Assembly: GCA_951406725.2 (NCBI GenBank)
Contig: OX597837.1
Coordinates: 23,188,001-23,252,000 of the forward strand
Direction: 5' to 3'
DNA length: 64,000 bases
From: Octopus vulgaris
Lineage: Eukaryota
Shown here: in pieces, positions 1 to 12,894 of the stretch
Layout: every line of letters begins with the position of its first letter
Position numbering within the stretch: position 1 is the stretch's first letter
The notes under the pieces: model-generated
The model's input: only the letters and a program-made list of their open reading frames with translations
Databases searched by the model: none
Told to the model about the DNA's origin: nothing
Position numbers and translations under genes: made by a program

Positions 1-305
1 TGTATGCATGTATGTATTTGTGTGTGTATGTATGTGTGCATGTATGTATGGATGTATGTATGCATGTATGTATGTATGCATGTATGTATTTGTGTGTGTA
101 TGTATGTATGCATGTATGTATGCATGTATGTATGCATGTATGTATGTATGTATGTGTGTGTGTATGTATGTATGTGTGTGTATGTATGTATGTATGTATT
201 TATGGATGTATGTGTGTGTATGTATGTGTGCGTATATGTATGTATGTGTGTATGCATGTATGCATGTGTGTATGTATGTCAGCATGGATGTATCTATGTA
301 TGCAC

Positions 306-345
<40 letters not shown>

Positions 346-405
346 GTATGTATGAATGTATGCATACATGCATGCATCATGTATGTATGTTTGTATGTAT
401 GTATA
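1..405. repeat. (TATG/TG)n degenerate microsatellite
   Basis: Tandem TATG/TGTG units; explains ORFs 4..345, 8..355 and 12..422. Confidence 0.95.
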
Positions 406-711
406 CAGTGTTCCTTTTCTAATTATTGTTGTTTTTACAAGTGTTCCTCTGAAAAAATTTCATTTGATAATTCCTGAAATAAAATAGCAACAACAACAAA
501 CAACAACAACAGCAATAATAATAATGCTTTCTACCATAAGCACAAAGCCTGAAATTTTAGGGGAGGAGGCTAGTTAACTACATCAATCCTTGCACTTGAC
601 TGCTCTTTATTTCATCAACCTTGAAAGGGTGAAAGGCAATGTCTTCCTTGGTGGAACTTAAACTTAGAAGAAACCAGAAGAAATATCATGAAACATTTTT
701 TCTGGCTTACA

Positions 712-1124
712 CTTTACTCTTTTACTTGTTTCAGTCATTTGACTGCGGCCATGCTCGAGCACCGCCTTTAGTCGAGCAAATCGACCCCGGGACTTATTCT
801 TTGTAAGCCCAGTACTTATTCTATCGGTAGCTTTTGCCGAACCGCTAAGTGACGGGGACATAAACACACCAGCATCGGTTGTCAAGCAATGCTAGGGGGA
901 CAAACACAGACACACAAACATATACACACACACTTATATATATATACATATATACATATATACGACAGGCTTCTTTCAGTTTCCGTCTACCAAATCCACT
1001 CACAAGGCATTGGTCGGCCCGGGGCTATAGCAGAAGACACTTGCCCAAGATGCCACGCAGTGGGACTGAACCCGGAACGATGTGGCTGGTTAGCAAGCTA
1101 CTTACCACACAGCCACTCCTGCGC
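712..1124 (-). mobile_element. tRNA-head SINE family A, full length
   Basis: Reverse complement starts GGCGCAGGAGTGGCTGTGTGGTAAG with B-box-like GGTTCAGTCCC; internal (CA/TA) tract; near-identical copies elsewhere in the window. Confidence 0.9.
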
Positions 1125-1436
1125 CTTCTGCTAGTTTGTTACCTTTCCTTTCTACTATAGGGTCAAGATTTGAAATTTGGTGGGAGTGGGGTCAGTTGAT
1201 TACATCGACCCCAGTACATGACTGGTAGTTATTTCATCAGTCCCAAAAAGATGAAAGGCAAGGACAACCTTGGAGGAATTTGAACTCAGAATGTAAAGCT
1301 AAAAGAAATTTTGTCTGGTACAGTAATGATTCTGGCTGGCATGGTAACGTTTCTGACAACTTGTCATCTTAATAATGATAATAATAATCCTTTAAAGGTC
1401 TTGAGTGTAAAGATCTTGAGAAAAAAGTTGGACATG

Positions 1437-1730
1437 AGGCGGTGAGCTGGCAGAAACATTAGCACGCTGAGCAAAATGCTTAGCGGTATTTCATCTGCTG
1501 TTACGTCCTGAGTTCAAATTCCACCGAGGTCAACTTTGCCCTTCATCCTTTCGGGGTCAATAAATTAAGTACCAGTTACACACTGGGATCGATATAATCG
1601 ACTTAATCCGTCTGTCTGTCCTTGTTTGTCTCCTCTGTGATTGACTACATACTAGGGGTGATGTAATCGACTTTAATCCCTTTGTCTGTCCCCTCTATGT
1701 TTAGCCCCTTGTGGGCAATAAAGAAATAAG
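1437..1730 (+). mobile_element. tRNA-head SINE family B with MetaSINE-like core
   Basis: GGCGGTGAGCTGGCAGAAAC head, GAGTTCAAATTCC B-box, core GCC(C/T)TTCATCCTTTCGGGGTC..TAAATTAAGTACCAG; small internal duplication of the 3' part. Confidence 0.8.
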
Positions 1731-1829
1731 AAAACCTTGGTTGGTGAGGAGAGGGATTGTTGGACACCCTGCAGGACAGAAAATAAGACCCATCAATTAT
1801 GTAATTAAGTAATTATGACGATTTGAAGT

Positions 1830-2098
1830 GAAAAATATGAAAGTTGTGGTCAAGGAGTAGATGTGCTACCAATAGTTATTGGAAGTATCAACACTCAAGT
1901 ACCAATATGGCTGAAAAAGATTGGTGCAAGCGCGAAGGTAGAACACCTACAAAAATCAGCATTGCTTGGAACTGCAAGAATTCTTCACAGGTTTCTTGAA
2001 GCATCACCAGTAAACAAGTGTCACCTTAGTCTGCTGGCTGTGGACAACTGACACTTTACATCTTACCCAGCAAAATAAGCTGTGAATTTTCATCACAT

Positions 2099-2100
<2 letters not shown>
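1830..2100 (+). mobile_element. R4/Dong-type (RLE) non-LTR retrotransposon 3' fragment
   Basis: Translation LPIVIGS...LQKSALLGTARILHRFLE matches the C-terminal motif of R4/Dong proteins; followed by a (CAA)/(TAA) tail. Confidence 0.75.
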
Positions 2101-2143
<43 letters not shown>

Positions 2144-2190
2144 AATAACGATGATGATGATGATGATGATGATGATTATGATAATAATAA

Positions 2191-2746
2191 ATGCCCTGAT
2201 GCAGTACCAGGCAGTGGCACTCATGGCTTCTGATCTTAACTGATTGGAAGTGTTATCATGTACATTGTTTTGTCTTGGTATAAAAGATGGGCTACAGCAA
2301 ATATTCTGCTCAATACCACAGATTTGCTTATCAGTTGTTTGACCTTAAACAGTTGAGCATGTCCTTTAGTGGCTGACGATATGTGCATCTCTGATCACGA
2401 GCAGATGTAGTGGGGAAGCATCATAGCCGTGTGTTGAAAGGAATTCTTAGAAGTTTGGATAATTCACCTTTGGAAACATGGGTGGTTCGCTCAACTTCCT
2501 TAAACAATCCTTATTCAGGGACCTTTTGAGCAGGATGGGTTACTTGACCAGAAGAAAATTCTAACTGGGCCCCACCTGCAAGGTCATGTGCTGTTTATCT
2601 TGATATGAGATCACCATGTCACACACATATGGTTGTGATGCATGTGACTGGTGTACCCTTATCATACGAGTAGTCATGATGGGTATACTGGGCTTCGTAT
2701 ATTTTACCCTAGTGTCACTTTGATGGCATGCACTGCTCTCTCGCTC
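2191..2746 (+). mobile_element. Non-coding ~560-bp (AAT)n-flanked element, family D, longest copy
   Basis: Four copies in the window (2191, 2773, 12181, 47168); starts ATGCCCTGATGCAGTACC, ends GCACTGCTCTCTCRCTC then (AAT)n. Confidence 0.85.
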
Positions 2747-2772
2747 AATAATAATAATAATAATAATAATAA

Positions 2773-3259
2773 TACATTGTTTTGTCTTGGTATAAAAGAT
2801 GGGCCATGGCAAATATTCTGCTCAATACCACAGATTTGCTTGTCAGTTGTTTGACCTTAACCAGTTGAGTATGTCCCTTAGTAGCTAACGATATGTGCAT
2901 CTCTGATCACGAGCAGAAGTAGTGGGGGAGCATCATAGCCATGTGTTGAGAGGGATTCTTTGCGGTTTGAATAATTAACTTCTGGAAACATGGGTGGTTC
3001 TTTCAACATCCTTAAACAACCCTTATTCAGGGACCTTTTGAGCAGGATGGGCTACTCAACCTGAAGAAAATTCTAACTGGGCCCCACCTGCAAGGTCCTG
3101 TGCTGTTTATCTTGATCTGAGATCACCATGTCGTGCACATATGGTTGTGATGCATGTGCCTGGTGTACCTTTATCAGACGGGTAGTCATGATGGGTATAT
3201 TGGGCTTCGTATATTTTACCCCAGTGTCACTTTGATGGCATGCACTGCTCTCTCACTCA
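2773..3259 (+). mobile_element. Family D, 5'-truncated copy following the (AAT)n tail of the previous copy
   Basis: Colinear with 2263-2746; (AAT)n on both sides. Confidence 0.85.
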
Positions 3260-3273
3260 GTAATAATAATAAT

Positions 3274-3338
<65 letters not shown>

Positions 3339-3344
3339 CATTAT

Positions 3345-3660
3345 TTGAGGATCCATGCAAGAAATGCAAAAGATTGTCTTAATTGGTATGTCACACGTAT
3401 AGAGAAGAACATTGTTGCTATGAATTTTCTTTCATTTTTCTTTTCTTTTTTTCCTTTTTCTACATTTTCTTTTGTTTTTTTCCTTTTTACCTTTTTCTCT
3501 CTGTCTTTCTTCCCCTTTTTTCTATCACATGACTTTGTAAATGAACAACCTAGTCTCTTTATTTTAATGGCCTACCAGTGTATACAGTGAGTTTCTTTGT
3601 CCTAGGTGTTGGGAAGACACTTGGTAAGAATTCGAAACAAAATTGAAAGAAGAGGATAAT
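3345..3660 (+). mobile_element. R4/Dong-type 3' end (C-terminus plus 3' UTR)
   Basis: Reads MQEMQKIVLIGMSHV*RRTL; UTR (CCTAGGTGT..GGAAGACAC) resembles the reverse complement of 46805-46880; (AAT)-rich tail. Confidence 0.65.
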
Positions 3661-4566
3661 GATAATAACGATGACAGCAATGACAACGTCAACAACAGCA
3701 ACAGTAATAATAATAATAATTTTTCCTTTATTAACTACAAAAGCTTGATGAGATAAAAATAATTAGAAATTTTTACGGGGGTGGTTACAAAGAAAGAAAA
3801 AGGGGAGTGTGAAAGACAAGTTTACAAATATGAAAGACACAGTGTGAAAGATGTTGTACAGTATGTGAAAAGATGTAGTGAGATTTTAAAAGTACATATA
3901 TTTGCATAGAAAAAGATTAAAAACGATAATAAGCACACAATTTAATTAAAAGGAAATTAAATATATAATATTACTTCTTAGTTTCAGTTTGAGAATTCCA
4001 TGACCATGTCTGTTCACTCTTTCTCAAATGGCATATGAGTGCAACCGAGTGTACTAGTAAGTAATTTTTGAGACATTTGGTGTCGAAAAGCTTCATCTGT
4101 GCAGTGTGCTTTCTTCAGTTAGATATAATGTCTTATTTTTATTTCTAGTACAAACCTGTCATCTGCATGCTGTTTACATTGTAAATCCAAGTGCTTGTGT
4201 TTCATTATTTATTTTTCTCTCTTCACTCATGACATGTCAGTGAGACCATATAACTTTCAGCCTTGCTATTCATCAACCCAGAGAGGTAAATTATTTTACT
4301 CGTTCTCTCTCCTTCTTCCACCTGTCTCCTAGCAGTTATCCACAGATTAACACAACTACCTACGAAATGGACAACAGAATTTCTACTAATCTTTTTACTA
4401 CAATAACTTGAAGCAATTGTTTTTTGTTGTAACTGTTAAATAAAAACCGTTTCAACCATTATCTTATTTCTGTCATGTGTCCCATGGACTTCGAAAACAA
4501 CTAACATACCAGCATAATAGCATATTCTTAGTGACTTGACATCTATCAAACATAGTTAAACTATTA

Positions 4567-4753
4567 CTCTTTTACTCTTTTACTTGTTTCAGTGATTTGG
4601 CTGTGGCCATGCTGGAGCACCGCCTTTAGTCAAGCCTAGTATTTATTCTATCAGTCTTTTTTACCAAACCACTAAATTACGGGGACATAAACACACCAAC
4701 ATCGGTTGTCAAGCGATGTTGGGGGGAAGGGGAACAAACACAGACACACACAC

Positions 4754-4785
<32 letters not shown>

Positions 4786-5754
4786 CTATATATAAACGGC
4801 AGTTTGTCTGTCTGTGTGTCTGTGTGTCTGTCAGGTTGTACCCTCACCCTGACCACGGCTTTCAACCGATTCTGATGAAATTTGACACACACATAGCCCA
4901 ATGTCATAATTCAAAACTAACGCAGCGAAAATTTTGAAAAGTTCCCCCAGTTCTGAAAAAAAATCGATAAATTCGACATGGGTCAAGAATCTAAGCTTTT
5001 TATATGCAACACATTTTCTACAGACTGTCTAGGAGACGCAACTCGACCTTTTTAACTCTCGGAACACGTTGGGTAAGTATCCCAAAATATATAAAAATGT
5101 ACAAAAATGGCAAAAAAGCGGGCAGCAATGTGAGTGACAACGACGAAAAAGTCAAAAGTGACCAAACTGAACAAAAGAATGGAAAAGGTTTTTTGATGCA
5201 CACAACAAAAGCAGTTTATAATAAGCAAAGAGTTTGCAAGTAGCATCCGAGGACCCTTAGGGTACATCAATAATTTAAGGTAAAACGTTTGGGGTGGTAG
5301 TTATAAAGAAAGTGTAAACAAAAAAAGTATTCAAATAACTTGCGGCTGCAGCAGCTATTAGCAGAAGTTGGGGGTAAAGTCTCGAATGTAATTTCTTCCT
5401 GATAGGAATTGGTTGGGTTGAATTATCGATAGCTGTTTGATAGTTATTTGGGAGTGAAGAGAAGACATTGCAACCTACACATGCGCCTTCGTTCCCTAGA
5501 GGGAAAGGACTAGATTGGGATTAGTCGTTGCCTACTAGGGGCTCTTACATACCCGGGCAACGCCGGGCTATGCTGCTAGTATATACATATATGATGGGCT
5601 TCTTTCAGTTTCCGTCTACCAAATCCACTCACAAGGCTTTGGTCAGCCCAAGGCTATAGTAGAAGACACTTACCCAAGGTGCCACACAGTGGGAATGAAC
5701 CCAGAACCATGTGGTTCATAAGCAAGCTGCTTATCACACAGCCACTCCTGCGCC
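4567..5754 (-). mobile_element. SINE family A interrupted by a Helitron
   Basis: SINE halves 4567-4784 and 5580-5754 join when 4785-5579 is removed. Confidence 0.85.
4785..5579 (+). mobile_element. Non-autonomous Helitron
   Basis: 5' TCTATATATAAA..., 3' hairpin CCCGGGCAACGCCGGG then CTGCTAG; inserted at A|T with no TSD. Confidence 0.85.
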
Positions 5755-6117
5755 TATTAAAAACAATATACAAATCTTATCCATACACTGTCATACATAT
5801 ATGCAACTCTACAAAGATGAAAATCTTTTGATCCAAAATAAAGTTTTCAGAAGAAAACCAGTACAAGCAAAAAGCAAAAAAGTGGTGAGTGGATGTGCCC
5901 ATGATCTATGGAAAACATAGGATAAAAAGATTACTAAAGAGCTTTATTCAGTTAAAAACCAAGTTTATGGATTCTTCAAGGCAAGCAATGTTTTTCATGG
6001 AATATTAGAAATGAAGAACCCTGCTTGGATGATGGTGACTTTTGTTTACAATGAAACCATGAAATCAAAGTAAGGAGATAGAGATATCAGGGGGACCATC
6101 TTATTTAAAAAAAATTT

Positions 6118-6343
6118 TTTTATTGCCCACAAGGGGCTAAACATAGAGAGGACAACAAGGACACACAAATGGATTAAGTCGATTACATCGACACCAGTGC
6201 GTAACTGGTACTTAATTTATCGACCCCCAAAAGAATGAAAGGCAAAGTCAACCTCAGCAGAATTTGAACTCAGAACATAGCGGAAGACGAAATACCGCTA
6301 AGCATTTCGCGCGGCGTGCTAACGGTTCTGCCAGCTCGCCGCC
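6118..6343 (-). mobile_element. SINE family B
   Basis: Reverse complement of the 1437-1730 family; GGGGACCATCTTA occurs on both sides. Confidence 0.85.
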
Positions 6344-6429
6344 TTTTCAGGGGGACCATCTTAACAGTATTATAAGCCCCAGGGCAAATCAATGTATTAG
6401 GCCCTATAAAAGGTACAGGTAAAGATACC

Positions 6430-6880
6430 ATTTGGTCATGAATGACAATAGGATTGCACCTAGAAAGTTCCCCTCTGTGGTACAAGTCTGGGCAAGGTTG
6501 TTTATGGAAGAACAGCAGTCACCCATGCATAGCAGCCTCCCTTCTCCATGAGACTGATGTTATCTAAGGGAAAGTCAAAGACTGGTATGGTGACATCACA
6601 ATTCAATTCTGAGTGAACTGGAGCATCATCATCATCATCATCATCGTTTATCGTCCGTTCTCCATGCTAGCATGGTTTGGACGGTTTGACCGGAGATCTG
6701 GGAAGCCAGAAGGCTGCACCAGGCTCCGGTCTTATCTGGCAATGTTTCTACAGCTGGATACCCTTCCTAACGCCAACCACCAATTGTGAAATAAACGCCA
6801 ACCAGCAATGTGCAATAAATTGTCTTGCTCAAGAATAGAACACAGAGCCCAGTCTGGGAATCGAACTCACAACCTCATGA
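6430..6880 (-). mobile_element. tRNA-head SINE family E containing a nested RTE 3' tail (6624-6780)
   Basis: Homologous to 29005-29340; (CAT)n-tailed insert splits it. Confidence 0.7.
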
Positions 6881-7354
6881 TAGAAACTGTTTAATGATAG
6901 CAAGACAAAGCATAGATAGGTCTGAATTGGACCCCTAGACCTGTGGGGCCTCTAATCAACTACCCAGTGCATCCATGTCTTAACATGGCACTGGATGTGA
7001 AAGTCACACACACACACACACATACACACACACACACACACTCTCTCTCTCTCTCTCATACCACTATAAACACACTCATACACATACACATGCACACATA
7101 CATACACATACATTCTCTCTCTTTACTCACACCACAATACACACACATACATACACACACACACACACACTTGCATGCATACATGCACACTTGCACACAC
7201 ATTTGCATGCATACATGCACACTTGCACATACACATGCACACACATACATACACACACACGCACTCACACACATGACAGACTTATTTTGGTTTCCATCTA
7301 CCAAATCCACTCACAGCACTTTGGTCAGCTCAGAGCTACAGTAGCAGACAATAT

Positions 7355-7429
<75 letters not shown>

Positions 7430-7819
7430 TATATGCAACCATATACCCTGAGCCTGCAGATTGCTTGCAGACACGTTATATAAATCCGCCTAATCTCAGT
7501 GTCTCTATGGCAAAAAACTATTTGTAGTTCTTATTTTAAATATTGTGTACATTAAATGATGTTTATCTCTCACTAGATGGAGTCCTTTTTTTGTTGAGTC
7601 TACACTAACAGAACAGGAACCTATATATATAAGGCGGCGAGCTGGCAGAAACATTAGCACACCGGGCGAAATGTGTAGCCATATTTCGTCTGCCGTTACG
7701 TTCTGAGTTCAAATTCCACCGTATGTATATATATAGATGTGTGTATATATATAATATATATTATATATATGTATATATGTATTTAGATATGTATGTATAT
7801 ATATATATATATATATATA

Positions 7820-8410
7820 TGAACAGACAAGTATGACCTTGAGAAAGAGAATCACTCTACATAAAGAACAAATCCGTTTCCTGCAAATCAGGCAAATTCC
7901 TCTTAGTGAACATATAGAAAAATGTGCAGTTAACATCAAACCAAATTTCATAGTCTTCCCCTTCTACCAGTGCAAAGACGCAATCTCTCCACAAGAATGT
8001 TTAAAAAATACAGAACACGTTTTAATATGCACGCATAACCAACTTTTATCTTTTTACATATTTCAATTCACGATTACATCACTGTACATAAATCCCCTCA
8101 CTAAACAAGTTTTTCGAAACTTTTTTGTCTGTACATATATATATTCTCCTCCCATTACTGAAAGCTGAACAGTTATCTCCCTTACCCACAACAATAACAA
8201 TAACCAATTACCTCCCCTTATTTTTCTACTTGTGAAGTCATTCACTCCTAAATAACATCACACACAACATGGACAAAATTTGTTCTTAAGAAAATACATA
8301 TTCAAATAAGTAAAACATAATATCATGAATAGCAATAGCGAAACCGGTCGATGTATTAAAAATTATATTAAAACTATGTAAAGTGTGCATATTTTACTTT
8401 TTTAATTTCT
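7820..8410 (+). mobile_element. Penelope-like element 3' fragment (GIY-YIG C-terminal half plus pLTR)
   Basis: EQTSMTLRKRITLHKEQIR...PLSEHIEKC...FIVFPFYQC matches PLE endonucleases; degenerate hammerhead downstream; (TA)n on both sides. Confidence 0.75.
8320..8354 (+). ncRNA. Degenerate minimal type-I hammerhead ribozyme
   Basis: ATATC|ATGAATA|GC-AATA-GC|GAAA|CCGG|TC|GATGT: stem I 5 bp with one G-U, palindromic stem III, core 2 mismatches from CUGAAGA. Confidence 0.55.
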
Positions 8411-8511
8411 TATATATATATATATATATAATTGTTAAAGAGGACAACAAACATTAAAGCAAGGCAAAGATTTTAAGCCATATACAATATGATTATTGAA
8501 AAAAATTCAAA

Positions 8512-8566
8512 GTCTTACACCTGTTTCGGGGATATCCCAGAGTATGGGATATGCTGTCATCAGAGA

Positions 8567-8567
<1 letters not shown>
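8512..8567 (-). ncRNA. Type-I hammerhead ribozyme motif
   Basis: Minus strand GTCT|CTGATGA|CAGC-ATATCCCA-TACTC-TGGGATAT-CCCC|GAAA|CAGGTG|TA|AGAC; core intact, base of stem II mismatched. Confidence 0.65.
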
Positions 8568-8617
<50 letters not shown>

Positions 8618-8619
<2 letters not shown>

Positions 8620-9030
8620 CGCAGGAGTGGCTGTTTGGTAAGTAGCTTGCTAACCAACCACATGGTTCCGGGTTCAGTCCCACTGCGTGGCATCTTGGGC
8701 ATGTGTCTTCTGCTATAGCCCCGGGCCGACCAATGCCTTGTGAGTGGATTTGGTAGACGGAAACTGAAAGAAGCCTGTCGTATATATGTATATATATATA
8801 AGTGTGTGTGAATATGTTTTTGTGTCTGTGTTTGTTTCCCTAGCATTGCTTGACAACCGATGCTGGTGTGTTTACGTCCCCGTCACTTAGCGGTTCGGCA
8901 AAAGAGACCGATAGAATAGGTACTGGGCTTACAAAGAATAAGTCCCGAGGTCGATTTGCTCGACGAAAGGCGGTGCTCCAGCATGGCCACAGTCAAATGA
9001 CTGAAACAAGTAAAAAGAGAAAGAGAGAGA
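8618..9030 (+). mobile_element. SINE family A, full length (plus strand)
   Basis: GGCGCAGGAGTGGCTG... head to AAAGAG tail, in (TA)n. Confidence 0.9.
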
Positions 9031-9034
9031 AAGA

Positions 9035-9123
<89 letters not shown>

Positions 9124-9126
9124 TTA

Positions 9127-9157
<31 letters not shown>

Positions 9158-9178
9158 TATATGTGTATATATATATAC

Positions 9179-9219
<41 letters not shown>

Positions 9220-9222
<3 letters not shown>

Positions 9223-11090
9223 GAAAACCAAGAGGTGAATGAAGATTTATTCACATCCAAAACTTTTTCATTAAAAAGTTTTCTACAGTACATATAACAA
9301 TGACCAACATGCTTCTACTGCAGTAACTGCACATTGCTCTGCATGCAATTATGCATCCTAGTTGCTGCAATTTCATCAAGGGTCCATCACTTACGACATT
9401 TTCAAAGTGAACTAATTCGAACAAGCTTCTTGTGTTCATATTCAGTTGAAGGTGATAGTGTTATGTTTTTTAAGCAAATTGAATTTTGGTCTTATAGTCA
9501 TCTCTACTGGTATTACTGTTGAATCATGGTTCTACAATGTTCATTTATATTACAGTTAATGGTAGCAGTTTTGTTTACATTTTACTGTTTGGAGTACATT
9601 ATTTATTCAGAGGTATTTCACTTATTTTGTGTTTATACCCTCAATGAATATTATTGTTATTATTATCATAATTATATTTACTAGTATTATTTACATAAAT
9701 ATCATTAATTATCACAATCATTATTTGAACTAGTTTAATTACTATAAATGGTAAGTTATGCTTATTTAAATCATTTAAATGTATATTTTGTCCAATGTGG
9801 ACATCTCATAGCCTGTTCCTGTCTAGTGCTTATAAAAGAAAATTTTGAATTGAAAATTGGATACATTTATTCCACACAAAAGTCACATCTATTATCACCT
9901 ATTCTATAAGGTTTTGCCTCACTAATTATTTCCCAAGCAATGGAAAATACTTCGTTATTATCTTTTAGTGTCCAAATTAGCTTACTAAGGCTGGTAGTAT
10001 TCATTTTGATTCTATTTCTAAATGAACTTAAATGATTGGCTACTCTTTGCTTAATATAACATGAGCTAGCTCCTGTATAGACATAATCTCTATTCTGAGG
10101 TAATTGTGCATTTGTATACAATATTTTTATGCCTACAATTATACTTAAGTGGACAGACCGTGTTCCTTGCATAATTGCATTTAATAGTTCTACTACTTTT
10201 ATTAATAGTATCCACTCCATGTTCTCTGGATGTATTTTCTATATTTTCCTGTCTATCTTCTAAGTTATTAGTCATTTGCACATAGACAACATTCTAAGTA
10301 CTGTGTTTTTTAGGATCTTCTACTTCCAGGCTAATGGGGAAGTTCACTCGGGTCTCTTCTATTTTATTGGTTGTTTATTCATGCTGATATTGTTGCTATT
10401 TATTGATCTATAATTATAATTCTGGTTACTATTATTGCTATTAGTCATATGGAAACTGTTAAATTTACTAGCATTCTGTGCTGCTATAATTTGTGTTAAA
10501 TGTTTGCTATAAAAAAAAAGTGAATCTAAACCTATGCTTATTAAAAATTCTGTAGTATTTACTGTTTTTGGAAAATGTTTAGTCAATGCCGAATAAAACA
10601 ATTTTTGTATATTGGAAATTATTGGTTTTTCGAAGGGAATTATATACTATTTGATATAACTAGAGGTACGTATGTTATCAAGGTATATATTTCTATTTCT
10701 ACCTTAAACTTTTTGTAAAAGTGTGTAACCTATTTATCTGGTTCTTATTACAGTATTGGGTTTGTTTGCTATTACTTTTGACGTTACATTTGTCAGTTAT
10801 TTGTATATTACTATTTACAGAGCTTATGTATTGATTACCTCCCCTATCTGAATGGGACCTCTTAGTAGGTCCATTCACAGCTGAACCACCTTGTACTTTA
10901 TTTGGCACAGATTCACGTAAAATTTTACTCTTTTTTTTATTTCTAGATACTCTATTGTTACAATCTAATTGCACAGACTTCCTATCTTTAACTCTTCCTA
11001 CTGCCTGTTCTTTTTGCTTAGTGATGCTCCTCATATTATGCATATTATTTTGATTATTGTCAGAATGGTCCATCCCATTACTTCAATTAT
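9220..11090 (-). mobile_element. Penelope-like element remnant (frameshifted Cys-linker plus GIY-YIG, 3' pLTR)
   Basis: KCNY..CPLKYNCRHKNIVYKC (ORF 10090-10281) continues by frameshift into YVYTGAS..IKQRVANHLSSF..TSLSKLIWTLK..IAWEII..RCDFCVE (ORF 9867-10220). Confidence 0.85.
9302..9384 (-). ncRNA. Degenerate type-I hammerhead in PLE pLTR
   Basis: Minus strand GACC|C-TTGATGA|stem II AATTGCAGCAACT..AGTTACTGCAGTA|GAAG|CATG|TT|GGTC; downstream of the GIY-YIG ORF on the same strand. Confidence 0.55.
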
Positions 11091-11354
11091 ATATATTTGT
11101 ATATATATATGTATATATCTTCAGGATTAGATAAAAAGAAGACAACAAACGGAAAATATGGTATACATATATACATATATATAATTCACAAAAACGTTTA
11201 GTAAATAAACAAATGGATATACACTAAATACACAGGTGAACAGAAAACCCATAATTATTATCGATAATGGCTGAAATTGTGGTTGACCCTCTGGCTGGAG
11301 GAGTTGGTGACCTTCTGTGTTTTCAGTTTGCATGTACATTTAGTATATGTTTGT

Positions 11355-11409
<55 letters not shown>

Positions 11410-11419
11410 CATTATATGA

Positions 11420-12110
11420 TCGAATGCCATGCATCCATTTCTGATGTGATACTATTCTATCACTATCTCTATTTCTCTCTCTCTCTTCCTCCTTCTATAT
11501 TCTTTTTCTCTCCCACCCTTTCTCTAATTCTTCTCCTCCCCTTCACCATTATCCATCTGTTCCTCTCTCTCCCTCACTCTTCCTCTTTGACTCTCTTATT
11601 GCTCACACGTGACCAGCGGCCATCTTTCTTCTCCTAACTTGAATTTCTTTCTTCTTGTTCAGCTACAAGGGAAAGCACGCGTTTTTGTCAGTCTCCTGTC
11701 AAAGCTTGTTTCTCCAGCATTCACCACTTTACCTCGTTATGGCTTAACAGCCCTTACAGTTTGTTTTAACTGTCCCTCCAACTTTGGCTCTCCACAAATC
11801 CCAAATTTTATTTAATTTGCTTTATGGGAGCAACTGTTTTGATGATGATGCATCTTGTCCTAACGCTCGAAATGCGGAGTGGATAAAACAGTGGACAACT
11901 GATGAAGAAATTGCTCTTTATGTTGCCTGTCTCGTTTTTCTATTTGTTTCTTTTGTTGTTCTCGAAAAAGTTCGTTTTCCATGTTTTTGTATTTCATGTT
12001 CTCGTTTTTCATGTTGTTTACGTTTTTTGACGTCCTGTACCCATATATGCATGTGTGTATACATATATATGTAAGTATGTACATGTATGTATATATATGC
12101 ATATATATTA
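11420..12110 (+). mobile_element. Probable PLE pLTR-like repeat with degenerate hammerhead at 11833-11892
   Basis: ACTGTTTT/AAAACAGT stem encloses TTGATGA...CTC-GAAA-TGCGGAGTGGATA; 3' end recurs inverted at 12765-12873. Confidence 0.45.
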
Positions 12111-12140
12111 TATATTATATATATTTATATATATATATAA

Positions 12141-12180
<40 letters not shown>

Positions 12181-12182
<2 letters not shown>

Positions 12183-12742
12183 GTGTTATCATGTACATTG
12201 GAAGTGTTATTATGTACATTGGAAGTGTTATCATGTAGATTGGAAGTGTTATCATGTACATTGTTTTGTCTTGGTATAAAAGATGGGCTACAGCAAATAT
12301 TCTGCTCAATACCACAGATTTGCTTGTCAGTTGTTTGACCTTAACCAGTTGAGCATGTCCCTTAGTGGCTGACGATATGTGCATCTCTGATCACGAGCAG
12401 AAGTAGTGGGGGAGCATCATAGCCATGTGTTGAGAGGGATTCTTTGGGGTTTGAATAATTCACCTCTAGAAACATGGGTGGTTCTTTCAACATCCTTAAA
12501 CAACCCTTATTCAGGGACCTTTTGAGCGGGATGGGCTACTCAACCTGAAGAAAATTCTAACTGGGCCCCACCTGCAAGGTCATGTGCTGTTTATCTTGAT
12601 ATGAGATCACCATGTCGCGCACATATGGTTGTGATGCATGTGCCTGGTGTACCTTTATCAGACGGGTAGTCATGATGGGTATATTGGGCTTCGTATATTT
12701 TACCCCAGTGTCACTTTGATGGCATGCACTGCTCTCTCACTC
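12181..12742 (+). mobile_element. Family D copy with four tandem 21-nt repeats at the truncated 5' end
   Basis: Colinear with 2248-2746; (AAT)n on both sides. Confidence 0.85.
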
Positions 12743-12894
12743 AATAATAATAATAATAATAATAATATATAAATATATGCATATATACACATATGTACAT
12801 GCCTACATCTATATGTATATATACATGCATATATGGGTACAGGACATCAAAAAAACGTTGAACACAATGAGAAGCAAAAGCAATATTTTTTTTT

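Noticed and set aside
2191-2300. HDV-like ribozyme at the 5' end of family D
   Set aside because: Could not fit P1/P2/P3/L3 pairing by eye; left as an open test
8618-8690. tRNA gene
   Set aside because: tRNA-like head of a multicopy SINE; no proper acceptor stem or terminator
10699-11073. 124-aa ORF as a host gene
   Set aside because: Low-complexity N/K-rich frame, same strand and upstream of the PLE GIY-YIG remnant; most likely element-internal
12181-12263. CRISPR-like short repeats
   Set aside because: Units are contiguous with no spacers; eukaryotic retroelement context
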